A stretch of DNA of 64,000 nt from contig JAPLUR010000047.1 in NCBI GenBank assembly GCA_026397505.1, positions 11,040-75,039 on the forward strand, given 5' to 3'. The stretch is from Candidatus Zixiibacteriota bacterium (GTDB taxonomy: Bacteria > Zixibacteria > MSB-5A5 > GN15 > PGXB01). This document shows, one piece after another, positions 37,121 through 46,991 of the stretch. Both the position numbers and the translations under genes were made by a program. Position 1 is the first letter of the stretch. The number at the start of each line of letters is the position of its first letter. Under the pieces are notes generated by a model. The model was not told the DNA's origin. It worked only from the letters and a program-made list of their open reading frames with translations, and ran no database searches.

Positions 37121-39316
37121 CTATTTTAGAAGCAGCATTTTGCGGGTCTCAGAAAATTCACCCGCTACAATTCTATAAAGATAGATGCCTGTTGAGACCG
37201 ACTGACCGTCCTTGCTTCGACCGTTCCAAACAACTTGATAAGTACCGGGCGAAAACTCATGGTCAACCAATCTGGCTATTTCGGCACCCAGCAGGTTATA
37301 AACTGCAACGGTGACATGAGATCTTTGGGGAACAGCGAATCCAATTGTTGTGGCCGGGTTGAACGGATTTGGATGGTTCTGAAACAGTGCGAAATCCTCA
37401 GGCAATTTGCCGGTGTATATATCAGATATGTCTGTGTAGGTGTTCGGGCCCGACCAGCCACTGGGGCCACAAGCGTTGAAGGATCTAACACGCCACCACA
37501 AATCGCCGCCTGGCACAGTGAGTTGTACGCTGCAAGAGCTGATAGTTGTGTCCTTCCACAAGTGCAGAAAGCTTGAAGCACTAGTATCTATCTGGAGACT
37601 GTAACCAGAGGCTTGTGAGACACACTGCCAGATGAACGATAAGACGACAGGACCGTGTGCGCCACTGCTTGGAATCATGCTTCCGGGATTCGGATTTGCC
37701 GGAATCGTGATGATCGTCACGCAAATCTGGTTGCTGAGGTTGCTTGCCCCACAGCTGTTTTTCGCCAGAACATAGTAGCAGTAAGATCCCCCTGAGGCCT
37801 TAGTATAGCATCGCTGCGTTACGTTACCAATGTCCGTCCAGCCGCCACCATTCTCCTGAATCTCGTAACTGGTCGCACCCGCAACCGCACCCCACGATAT
37901 ACAATACTGAACATTCGTACACCCGGACGCAGGCCCCGTAATGAACGGTGGCAGAGGAACAGGATCCACCGTCACGCAATGCTGGTTACTGGAATTACTT
38001 TGTCCACAGCTGTTTTTCGCCCGAACATAGTAGCAATAAGATCCCCCTGAGGCCTTAGTATAGCATCGCTGCGTTACGTTACCAATGTCCGTCCAGCCTC
38101 CACCATTCTCCTGAATCTCGTAACTGGTCGCACCCGCAACCGCACCCCACGATATACAATACTGAACATTCGTACACCCGGACGCAGGCCCCGTGATGAC
38201 CGGCGGAATAGGAGGGGGCAAGGGGGAACAACATGACTGCGACGATTTGCTGGAATTGTAGTAACAGCCGTATTGAGCATCAACCTGATAGCAGTGCGAC
38301 CCGCCGGAGTAGTCATTGTATGGCGGACTGAATGTACCTAAGGTTCCGCCGTCCCGGTAGAGGGTATAGCCAGTCGCTCCGGTGACCGTATTCCAATTAA
38401 TGCTCACATAACCACATTGCGGAGTACAACTGACTATGGGAACATCTTTTGTATATTCCGCAACATACGTGGCTCCCTGACTCGCAGAGATATCGATCCA
38501 CTGGTCCATGGTAAGGAGGTTACAGACATCCCACCAACCTAGAAACGTCCTTCCCAAGGCGGGGTTTGAAGCTGCTATCCTGACCGATGCACCTTGGCTA
38601 TAGCGAAAAGTGGCAGGTGTGTAACCGCCGGATTTTCCATCAGCGTCGGATGGAGTTACGAAGACGTACACGCCATTCTCTGGTACACTGATTACACTAA
38701 AAGTAACATTTTGGGGAGGAGTAGTCACCACAACCAATGTCTCTGGGAATGATGACGATTGCCTTGATCTCAACTCGGCGATGCCCGTGGTATATTCGGT
38801 TATCGGTCTAATCTCGAAGCCATTGTTGCTTTGGCTACCAGTTACCCAGTTCTTGATGTCATAGAAGTTTGGCGCGTCGACTTGTATGTCGCTCCATCCC
38901 GGTAAAAGCGTTGACTGGCCGAGTACTACGGAAGCGCTAGGCTGATTATTCCAGGTTATGGTATATTCGTCCCACGCAGCCGAGACCAAGAGAATATAGG
39001 ATGACTGGTTGGGATTCGACCCTGCATTGTAAATCTTCAATCTGGCATCTGTTATATATGGTGCTTCTCCTGAAGGAATTACTGACAGATCGAATTTTAA
39101 GAACGATCGCAGCCGACCATTATTGACATCGTAGCCCACAAGAAGGGCGATACCACCACCATCATTGGTATTGGGGTATTTGATGGAAACATCGGCGTCA
39201 GCGACCGACAAAAGCCTGTAAGTTGTCGCGTGCACCTGCATTGTCAATCCAGGCAAAAACAGGAAACTTACAAGAACCAAGAGACCAATTTTGGTCGAAC
39301 GTGAACAACATTGCAT
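37121..39316 (-). CDS. secreted FN3-like repeat protein with T9SS C-terminal sorting domain
   Basis: GGAG RBS before the ATG at 39316. Signal peptide. Two near-identical 85-aa repeats. C-terminus FQNHPNPFNPATTIGFAVP...GIYLYRIVAGEFSETRKMLLLK. Confidence 0.8.
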   Translation of the reverse strand: MQCCSRSTKIGLLVLVSFLFLPGLTMQVHATTYRLLSVADADVSIKYPNTNDGGGIALLVGYDVNNGRLRSFLKFDLSVIPSGEAPYITDARLKIYNAGSNPNQSSYILLVSAAWDEYTITWNNQPSASVVLGQSTLLPGWSDIQVDAPNFYDIKNWVTGSQSNNGFEIRPITEYTTGIAELRSRQSSSFPETLVVVTTPPQNVTFSVISVPENGVYVFVTPSDADGKSGGYTPATFRYSQGASVRIAASNPALGRTFLGWWDVCNLLTMDQWIDISASQGATYVAEYTKDVPIVSCTPQCGYVSINWNTVTGATGYTLYRDGGTLGTFSPPYNDYSGGSHCYQVDAQYGCYYNSSKSSQSCCSPLPPPIPPVITGPASGCTNVQYCISWGAVAGATSYEIQENGGGWTDIGNVTQRCYTKASGGSYCYYVRAKNSCGQSNSSNQHCVTVDPVPLPPFITGPASGCTNVQYCISWGAVAGATSYEIQENGGGWTDIGNVTQRCYTKASGGSYCYYVLAKNSCGASNLSNQICVTIITIPANPNPGSMIPSSGAHGPVVLSFIWQCVSQASGYSLQIDTSASSFLHLWKDTTISSCSVQLTVPGGDLWWRVRSFNACGPSGWSGPNTYTDISDIYTGKLPEDFALFQNHPNPFNPATTIGFAVPQRSHVTVAVYNLLGAEIARLVDHEFSPGTYQVVWNGRSKDGQSVSTGIYLYRIVAGEFSETRKMLLLK
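37750..38195 (-). repeat. near-identical about 255-bp tandem duplication inside T9SS cargo gene (two 85-aa FN3-like modules)
   Basis: About 190-nt blocks from 37750 and from 38003 are identical except a handful of substitutions. Confidence 0.85.
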
Positions 39317-39660
39317 TTGACTCTCCTTTCCAACGTGCTCCAAACCATGACACGTTACCTTATGCCAATGACATTCCGATATTAGGTTCGTAGACGCCAT
39401 ATATACCGTTCAGCATTGGGCTATTCTGTTAACAGATTGTGAGATGTTATCTACAAGTCAGGCTTAAAGACCCCGAGATCGGAAACGGATTCATCTTGCA
39501 GTTTCATCCCGGTTCGTTTAAACATATCCTCTGAACTGTCTAAGTTAGGCCGCGCTTTGCCTAATGTCAAGCGCTTTTCGATATAATTCTCTCCTTATCC
39601 TGAGTGTTTCTGTCTTGATTCGCTCCCGTTGCTCCAGGATTTAGGTTGATCAGTATGAAT

Positions 39661-39716
39661 CGTCGAAACCCCCGCTCATTCCGCCTGCGGCGGAATTCGG
39701 AGGGCATTTCGGACCG
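39661..39716. repeat. GTCGAAAC...TTTCGGACC element, copy 5 (between the T9SS cargo gene start and prfB)
   Basis: cGTCGAAACCcccgctcATTCCGCctgcgGCGGAATtcggagggcaTTTCGGACC. Same inner hairpin as copy 4. Confidence 0.65.
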
Positions 39717-39870
39717 CCCCTGAAATAAACCAAATTTAGTCCTCGATTGTTGGCGCCCGGTGGATTTTTCTCATAATTTGGATATTTCTTGGAGAAAATT
39801 TAATCATTTTAACATTTGACTTTTGGGGGGAAAGGGGTATATATTACATATCTTATTGAAGGATTTGAGA

Positions 39871-40978
39871 ATGATAAACGACGTAAAAGAGACCATATCT
39901 GATTTAAAGACACGACTTTCCAAACTAGGGAGGTTTCTTTGACCTGGAAGGACGTCGTGAAAAAATTAACAAATTGGAACAGCTGACATCCGCCCAGGAT
40001 TTTTGGAGCGATAATCAAAAGGCTCAGGCGATCCTGAAGGAAATATCCGAGCACAAAAAATGGATGGAGAGGGTCGGGCGCTATAATGCGGAATTATCCG
40101 ACCTCGATGAGCTGTTTTCGCTTACCAACGGCGATGAAAACTCGCCCGATGTGGTGGAAATAAAGCATTCGCTCGACCAGATGGTCGGCGAAATGGAGAA
40201 GCTGGAATTGACCACGCTTCTTTCCGGCCCGGATGACGCCCGCAACGCCATTTTGACGATCCATCCCGGCGCCGGCGGCACCGAATCGCAGGACTGGGCC
40301 GATATGCTGTTCCGGATGTATAACCGCTGGTGTGAAATGAAAGGGTTTAAGGTCTCACTGCTGGATTATCTTTCGGGAGAAGAGGCGGGGCTCAAATCGG
40401 CCACGATCGAAATCACCGGCGAATATGCGTTCGGGTATCTCAAAGCGGAATCGGGGGTGCATCGGCTGGTGCGCATCTCCCCTTTTGACGCCAACAGCCG
40501 GCGGCACACCTCGTTTGTTTCGGTCTATGTTTATCCCGAGGTGGAGGATACGGTCGCGATTGAAATCAAGGATGATGATATCCGGCTGGATACCTATCGT
40601 TCCTCGGGCGCGGGGGGACAGCATGTCAACAAGACCTCCTCGGCGGTGCGGATCACCCATTTCCCGACCGGCATTGTCGTTCAGTGCCAGAACGAGCGCA
40701 GCCAGCTAAAAAACCGCGAGGTGGCGTTTCGTATCCTGCGGTCGCGGCTGTATCAGATGCAGCTTGAGGAGAAGAAGAAAAAGCGGGCGGAGGTGGAAAA
40801 AACCAAAAAGAAAATTGAATGGGGCAGCCAGATACGGAGTTATGTGTTCCATCCCTACAACATGGTGAAAGACCATCGCACCGATGTGGAGACCTCGAAC
40901 GTGCAGGCGGTGATGGATGGGAATATCGATATGTTTATCGAGGCGTTTCTGGCCAATCCCGATTTGAATGAGACATAA
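39871..40978 (+). CDS. prfB: peptide chain release factor 2 with programmed +1 ribosomal frameshift (frame 0 is 39871..39939; +1 frame from 39941)
   Basis: Upstream MINDVKETISDLKTRLSKLGRFL then CTT TGA C, preceded by the SD-like AGGGAGG. Downstream frame SPFDANSRRHTSF, GGQHVNKT (GGQ motif). Confidence 0.9.
39925..39943 (+). promoter_or_regulatory. prfB: prfB +1 frameshift site (internal SD AGGGAGG + CUU UGA C)
   Basis: Sequence ctagggaggtttctttgac matches the canonical RF2 autoregulatory frameshift cassette. Confidence 0.85.
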
Positions 40979-41017
40979 AATAATAATATTCATCATTGAG
41001 TGAACAGGAGTTGTTAG

Positions 41018-42034
41018 ATGTTGTCTGAAATTGGAGGGGGCAAGAATATTCTTGATATAATCAAGGAAAAGGCGCGGGCCAAGAGCAGAAGGGTGGTGCT
41101 TCCGGAGGGGACCGAGCCGCGGGTGGTAAAAGCGGCCAAAGCGATTGTGGAACAGAAAATCGCGGGGGTGACCCTTCTGGGTAACAAAGATGAGATCGCC
41201 CGGCTGGCCAAAGCCGAAGGGTTGAATCTCGAACTGGTGCGGGTGATCGACCCGAAAAATTCGGAGCTTCTCCCCTCTTTTGCCGCCGAGTTTTATGAAC
41301 TTCGCAAGGCCAAAGGGATAAGCGAGAGAGAAGCCGAAGAGACGATGAAGAATTACCTGTTTTTCGGCGCCATGATGGTGCGCCGCGACATGGCCGACGG
41401 CTCGGTGGCCGGTTCGATCAACACTACCGGCGATGTTCTTCGCGCGGGTATTCAGGTGATTGGTCTGGCGCCGGGGATAAAGACGGTCTCGGGGGCGTTC
41501 ATGATGACGGTGCCGAAATATCGTGACACGATAAATAAAATATTCATGTATGCCGATTCGGCGGTAGTGCCGAATCCCGACCCGGAGCAGCTGGCCTCAA
41601 TCGCGGTTTCGACGGCACAGACGATGAAGAATCTGGTCGGCGAGGAGCCGAAAGTGGCGCTGTTGTCGTTTTCGACCAAGGGTTCGGCGAAGCATGAGGA
41701 TGTCGATAAAGTTCTGGCGGCATTGGAAATTCTGAAAAGGAACTATCCCGATTTGAAAGTGGACGGCGAGTTTCAGGTTGATGCCGCCATCGTGCCGGAG
41801 GTGGCCAAATCGAAGGCCCCCGGTTCGGTTATTGCCGGTGATGCCAATGTTCTTATTTTCCCGGATCTCGATGCCGGCAATATTGCCTACAAGCTAACAC
41901 AGCGGCTGGCCAATGCCATGGCCACCGGGCCGATCATTCAGGGTCTGGCCAAACCATCCAACGACCTGTCCCGCGGTTGTACGGCACAGGATATTGTCGA
42001 TGTGACCGCTATTGCGATGCTAATGAAAGGATGA
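41018..42034 (+). CDS. pta: phosphate acetyltransferase (phosphate acetyl/butyryltransferase family)
   Basis: About 338 aa with Pta-like N-terminus ...RRVVLPEGTEPRVVKAA... and a conserved C-terminal region. Confidence 0.7.
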   Translation: MLSEIGGGKNILDIIKEKARAKSRRVVLPEGTEPRVVKAAKAIVEQKIAGVTLLGNKDEIARLAKAEGLNLELVRVIDPKNSELLPSFAAEFYELRKAKGISEREAEETMKNYLFFGAMMVRRDMADGSVAGSINTTGDVLRAGIQVIGLAPGIKTVSGAFMMTVPKYRDTINKIFMYADSAVVPNPDPEQLASIAVSTAQTMKNLVGEEPKVALLSFSTKGSAKHEDVDKVLAALEILKRNYPDLKVDGEFQVDAAIVPEVAKSKAPGSVIAGDANVLIFPDLDAGNIAYKLTQRLANAMATGPIIQGLAKPSNDLSRGCTAQDIVDVTAIAMLMKG

Positions 42035-42038
42035 TCCT

Positions 42039-43256
42039 ATGACCATCAGTAAACTTGCGCGTGAAATCAAAGAATCGCCGACTTTAAAAATGAATGAAGC
42101 GGCGGGAAAACTTCGGGACCGCGGCGAACCGGTGATTCATCTCGGGGCCGGGGAGCCGAAAAGCAAGGTGCCTCTCGATGCCATCCTGAGCGCCGCCGCC
42201 AAACTGACCACCGCCGATATCCGTTATACCCCGACCGAGGGGATTTCCTCTCTTACGAAAGCAGTGGTACGGTACACCGAGGAAAACTACGGAAAAGCGG
42301 TCACCACCAAGAATGTTATTATCTCCAATGGCGCCAAGCATGCCATTTACAATCTCATGGTGACTCTGCTGGACCCGCAGGACGAGGTGATAATTCTCGC
42401 TCCGTACTGGGTCAGCTACCCGGAAATTGTCAAGATGTGCTATGGTATTCCGGTGGTTGTCAATCCCGAGGACGGCCGATTCTTTCCCTCGATAGACGAT
42501 ATTATCGAGTCGACCAGTTCCTATACCAAGGCGATAATTGTCAACAGTCCCAATAATCCCTCGGGCGCCATTTATCCTGCGGAGCTGATCGCCCAGATTG
42601 TCGAGTTCTGCGAGAAAAAGGGCATTTACCTGATCATGGATGATATCTATCACAAGCTGGTTTTTGACAAGAAGACCGCTGTCTCATGCTATAAATTTGC
42701 CAAAGACCAGACCGATTCCTCCAAACTGATTGTGGTCAACGGCGTGTCCAAGATGTATGCCATGACGGGGTTCCGGATCGGCTGGACGGTGGCCAACACC
42801 AAGATAATCGGAGCCATGATAAATGTTCAGGCGCAGAATATGTCCTGCCCCTCGGTGGTGCTTCAGGAGGCGGCCGCCGGCGCTCTCAACGTGGTACAGA
42901 GCAGTGTTGAAAGCCTGCGTCTCACACTCGAAAACCACCGTAATGTGATGCTCAACGAACTGCGGGCTTTCACCGGCATCAGGACTATCCCGCCCGACGG
43001 TACTTTCTATTGTCTTCCGGATTTCCGGGCGTATAGCAAAGACTCAGTGGCGCTTTCGAAGATGCTGTTGGAGAAGGCGCTGGTGGTAACGGTTCCGGGC
43101 AAAGAGTTCGGTATGGAGGGTCACCTTCGCCTGAGCTATTGCGGCAGCATGAAGGAGATAACCCAGGGCATCGCCCGTATCAAATGGGCGCTCGACCCCG
43201 ATTCACCCAATGAGATTTTCATTGGCGACAGAAAATACAGGAGAAACTGGAAATGA
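42039..43256 (+). CDS. PLP-dependent class I/II aminotransferase (aspartate/aromatic aminotransferase-like)
   Basis: Motif VNGVSKMYAMTGFRIGW contains the Lys-PLP site. About 405 aa. Confidence 0.8.
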   Translation: MTISKLAREIKESPTLKMNEAAGKLRDRGEPVIHLGAGEPKSKVPLDAILSAAAKLTTADIRYTPTEGISSLTKAVVRYTEENYGKAVTTKNVIISNGAKHAIYNLMVTLLDPQDEVIILAPYWVSYPEIVKMCYGIPVVVNPEDGRFFPSIDDIIESTSSYTKAIIVNSPNNPSGAIYPAELIAQIVEFCEKKGIYLIMDDIYHKLVFDKKTAVSCYKFAKDQTDSSKLIVVNGVSKMYAMTGFRIGWTVANTKIIGAMINVQAQNMSCPSVVLQEAAAGALNVVQSSVESLRLTLENHRNVMLNELRAFTGIRTIPPDGTFYCLPDFRAYSKDSVALSKMLLEKALVVTVPGKEFGMEGHLRLSYCGSMKEITQGIARIKWALDPDSPNEIFIGDRKYRRNWK

Positions 43257-44911
43257 GTCACTACATACTTGATATAAAGTCTCCGGCGCTGTCTCAGGCC
43301 AAAGACCTCAAGAGTGATTTCGGCCTGGAAAACCTCGGCTTTCGAAATCTGAATAATGTCTACTGGAATCTTCCCACCGAAGCTCTTTATGAAGAAGCGA
43401 TATTCCGGGGCGAGGGGAAAATTTCATTGATGGGGCCGTTCATTGTCAACACCGGGAAACATACGGCTCGCGCCGCCAACGACAAATTTATAGTGCGGGA
43501 GCCTAACAGCGAGGGGAATATCTGGTGGGGACAGTACAACCGTCCTTTCAACTTCGACAAATTCAACGGCGTCTTTCAGCGCCTGCAGGGGTACATGCAG
43601 GGGCGCGACCTCTTTGTGCAGGACTGCTACGGCGGCGCCGACCCGAACTATCGTCTGCCGGTGCGGATTATCACCGAACTGGCCTGGCATTCGCATTTCG
43701 CGCGGAATATGTTCATTCAGCCGGCCACCAATGATGAGCTGAAGAGGTTTGTACCGGAATTTACCGTGATATCGGTGCCATCATTCCAAGGGTTGCCTGA
43801 AATCGACGGCACCCTCTCCCCCACTTTTATTCTCCTCAGTTTCGACCAGAAAATCTGCATTATCGGTGGTTCCGGTTACGGCGGCGAAATCAAGAAATCG
43901 GTTTTTACCCTTCTAAACTACCTGCTGCCGCTGGATGGAATTATGACCATGCACTGCTCGGCCAATATGGGAAAAGACGGCGAAACGGCGCTCTTCTTCG
44001 GCCTTTCCGGAACCGGCAAGACCACTCTCTCGGCGGACCCGAATCGGCAGTTGATCGGTGATGACGAGCATGGCTGGAGCGATGAAGGGGTATTCAATTT
44101 TGAGAACGGCTGTTACGCCAAGGTAATCGAGCTTTCGCCGACGGCGGAACCGCAGATTTATGCCTGCACCCGGAAATTCGGGACAATTCTGGAAAATGTG
44201 ATTTTCGACCCGGTGACAAGGCTTCTCGACCTGGATGACGACACCCGCACCGAAAACACAAGGGCTTCGTATCCCCTGAGTTTTATCGACAATGCGGTTC
44301 CGAGCAAAATGGGGGGACACCCCAAGAATATCCTGATGCTCACCTGCGATGCCTCGGGCGTGATGCCGCCGATCGCCAGGCTGACGCCGGATCAGGCGAT
44401 GTACCATTTCATTTCCGGATATACCGCCAAGGTGGCGGGCACCGAAATCGGTCTGGGAAAGGAGCCGGAAATAACTTTCAGCGCCTGTTTCGGCGCGCCA
44501 TTCATGGTGCACCACCCTTACTATTATGCCGAGATGCTTAAGAACAAGATTCTCAAACACGAAGTGAATTGCTGGCTGGTGAATACCGGCTGGACCGGTG
44601 GGCCATATGGAATCGGCAAGCGGATGAGTATCCACCATACCCGGGCGCTTCTGAATGCCGCACTGGACGGCAAGCTTCTGAATGTGGAATTCTATACCGA
44701 TCCGATTTTTGGTTTCCAGGTTCCCAAGAGTTGCGAGGGAGTGCCGGAAAAGGTGCTTAATCCGATCAACACCTGGGATGACCGCGCCTCATACAAGGAT
44801 AAATATCTCCAGTTGGGGGCGCTGTTTATCGAGAATTTCAAGAAGTTCCGTGATGGCTGCCCGCCCGAGATTGTCGAGGCCGGCCCAAAGAAGAAGGATT
44901 TTCCGATTTAA
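43253..44911 (+). CDS. pckA: phosphoenolpyruvate carboxykinase (ATP)
   Basis: Kinase-1a motif FFGLSGTGKTTLS. Length about 552 aa. Confidence 0.9.
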   Translation: MSHYILDIKSPALSQAKDLKSDFGLENLGFRNLNNVYWNLPTEALYEEAIFRGEGKISLMGPFIVNTGKHTARAANDKFIVREPNSEGNIWWGQYNRPFNFDKFNGVFQRLQGYMQGRDLFVQDCYGGADPNYRLPVRIITELAWHSHFARNMFIQPATNDELKRFVPEFTVISVPSFQGLPEIDGTLSPTFILLSFDQKICIIGGSGYGGEIKKSVFTLLNYLLPLDGIMTMHCSANMGKDGETALFFGLSGTGKTTLSADPNRQLIGDDEHGWSDEGVFNFENGCYAKVIELSPTAEPQIYACTRKFGTILENVIFDPVTRLLDLDDDTRTENTRASYPLSFIDNAVPSKMGGHPKNILMLTCDASGVMPPIARLTPDQAMYHFISGYTAKVAGTEIGLGKEPEITFSACFGAPFMVHHPYYYAEMLKNKILKHEVNCWLVNTGWTGGPYGIGKRMSIHHTRALLNAALDGKLLNVEFYTDPIFGFQVPKSCEGVPEKVLNPINTWDDRASYKDKYLQLGALFIENFKKFRDGCPPEIVEAGPKKKDFPI

Positions 44912-44984
44912 GGGCACTTATAGCCGGATTTTGCGGTGAACTTTCGCCGTCAAAATCTGTTAAACGGAGATGATATAAAGATAT

Positions 44985-45015
44985 TAGACCACCCCGCGGG
45001 GTGGTCTAATATTTG
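44985..45015 (+). terminator. hairpin terminator candidate after pckA
   Basis: Perfect stem TAGACCACCCCGCGGGGTGGTCTA followed by ATATTTGG. Confidence 0.5.
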
Positions 45016-45097
45016 GTCAAAGGTCGCAGGAATTGATTTGGGTGCGACCGATATTAAGTGAATGACTGAGTAATAATAGTCCAAGGAGTCGAGTGAT

Positions 45098-45385
45098 ATG
45101 CCGACTTACCAGTATAAATGCTCCAAGTGCGAATATGAATTTGAAGAGTTTCAGAAGATGACCGACCCGCCTGTGGAAAGCTGCCCCAAATGCATGGGCA
45201 AAACCCGCCGGATGGTTACCGGCGGCGCGGGATTTCTTTTTAGAGGCTCGGGATTCTATATCACCGATCATCGTTCCGATGCATACAAGGAATCGAGAAA
45301 AAAAGAGGGTGGCGAAATAATTACGGTTAAGCCGACCGAAACTAAGAAAGAAAAGACCGAAGCAGGCCCCAAGAGTGGCGACTGA
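45098..45385 (+). CDS. FmdB-family zinc-ribbon protein
   Basis: MPTYQYKCSKCEYEFE...CPKCMG, with a CxxC...CxxC arrangement. Confidence 0.75.
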   Translation: MPTYQYKCSKCEYEFEEFQKMTDPPVESCPKCMGKTRRMVTGGAGFLFRGSGFYITDHRSDAYKESRKKEGGEIITVKPTETKKEKTEAGPKSGD

Positions 45386-46742
45386 GAGTCACAGTCGGTT
45401 TTTTTCTTCTCTCAAAGAGAAGTATCATCAAAAAGTAATTCTTGATACCGATACCCTTCCGGATTATTTCCGAGACGCCTCGGAAATAAGGGTCAGGCCG
45501 CCGGCCATATTCTTCGCCGAAAATGAAAGCGATGTCATTGAGATCACCGATCTTTGTCGCGAAGAGGGAATCCCGATTGTTTTCCGCGGCGCCGGAACCG
45601 GATACACCGGCGGGGCGGTGCCGGTGCCGGATGGGTTGCTTTTGTCACTGGAACATCTCAAAAAACTTGAAATTGATGCGGGAAGAAAGATGGCTTTCTG
45701 CGGCCCGGGAGTTATTACGATTGATTTGATGAAAGAGGCGGAAAGGCATTCCCTGTTTTATCCCCCCGATCCGGCCAGCTATGATGAATCGTCGCTGGGC
45801 GGCAATGTGGCCGAATGCGCCGGAGGCCTCCACTGCAAAAAATACGGGGTCACGAAGGATTATATCATCGGCCTGAGAGGCGTGACCGTGGAAGGTGAAA
45901 TCCTTAAGACCGGGGTGTACTCGGATGGGGAGCTATTTGACCTGGCCGTCATCCTGACCGGCTCCGAGGGACTTCTGGCGGCAATCACCGAAATCGCGGT
46001 CCGGTTGATAGACCTTCCCCCCAAAGGGACCACTATCCTGGCTGCCTTTGATAATCCCGAGAACTCGGCCCGGGCGGTCAGCGAGATAACCCGCTGCGGC
46101 ATTGTTCCGGCGGTTATGGAGTATATGGATGGCGATGCAATCGCCTGCTCTAACCAGTATGAGAAGGCGATAGAAATCGATAATGCGGCCGCCCTGCTTC
46201 TTTTCGAGACGGCCGGGCATGAAGACCAGCTTCAGACGGAGCGGATCATCCATATCTGCCGGATTTTCAAGGCGATTTATCTGAAAAGCGAAGGCGATCC
46301 AGAACAGGCGGAAAATCTCTGGAAAATCAGGCGGAATCTCTCGAAGGCGGTCAAGGCGTCGGCGGTCAGGAAAATTTCCGAGGATGTCTGTGTGCCTCCC
46401 TCGCGGCTTCCCGAACTGGTCGCTTTTGTGGCCCGCCTAAACGAGGAATATCCGGTCAGGATAAACTCTTACGGCCATGCCGGCGACGGCAATCTACATG
46501 TCAATTTTCTGGCGGCGACAGAGGGGGGCAAAGAAGATGAATATATAGACCAGGGGATCAGAAGGCTTTTTGCGACAACCCTTGAACTTGGCGGGACTCT
46601 GACCGGCGAACATGGAATCGGCCTGACAAAAAAGGAGTTTCTCTATCTTGAATTCAGTCGGGCCACAATCGCCTTCATGAGGGGGGTCAAAGAGGTTTTC
46701 GATCCGCAATATATGCTCAACCCCGGCAAGATGTTTTGCTAA
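45375..46742 (+). CDS. FAD-linked oxidase (GlcD-like glycolate/D-lactate dehydrogenase family)
   Basis: FAD-binding PCMH-type N-terminal domain. The HAGDGNLH motif appears in the C-terminal domain. Confidence 0.8.
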   Translation: MATESHSRFFSSLKEKYHQKVILDTDTLPDYFRDASEIRVRPPAIFFAENESDVIEITDLCREEGIPIVFRGAGTGYTGGAVPVPDGLLLSLEHLKKLEIDAGRKMAFCGPGVITIDLMKEAERHSLFYPPDPASYDESSLGGNVAECAGGLHCKKYGVTKDYIIGLRGVTVEGEILKTGVYSDGELFDLAVILTGSEGLLAAITEIAVRLIDLPPKGTTILAAFDNPENSARAVSEITRCGIVPAVMEYMDGDAIACSNQYEKAIEIDNAAALLLFETAGHEDQLQTERIIHICRIFKAIYLKSEGDPEQAENLWKIRRNLSKAVKASAVRKISEDVCVPPSRLPELVAFVARLNEEYPVRINSYGHAGDGNLHVNFLAATEGGKEDEYIDQGIRRLFATTLELGGTLTGEHGIGLTKKEFLYLEFSRATIAFMRGVKEVFDPQYMLNPGKMFC

Positions 46743-46991
46743 AAGGAGAGCCGCCCTGTCGAGGCAGGGGCAGGCTTCATACACCGGAACAATCAAAGAT
46801 CTTCGCATCAGGCTGCCCAATCTCCGATTTTGGTGGAATTGAGTCCAAATTTTTCAAATTTAGAAATTGTTCTGTTGACAAGCAGGATGGGATAAGTTAA
46901 TATATCATAATCTAATATATGTGAAAGAATTCACAAGGCTGGGATTGACATTAAGAAACATTAATAATCAACATTTACAGGAGTAAAAAAG

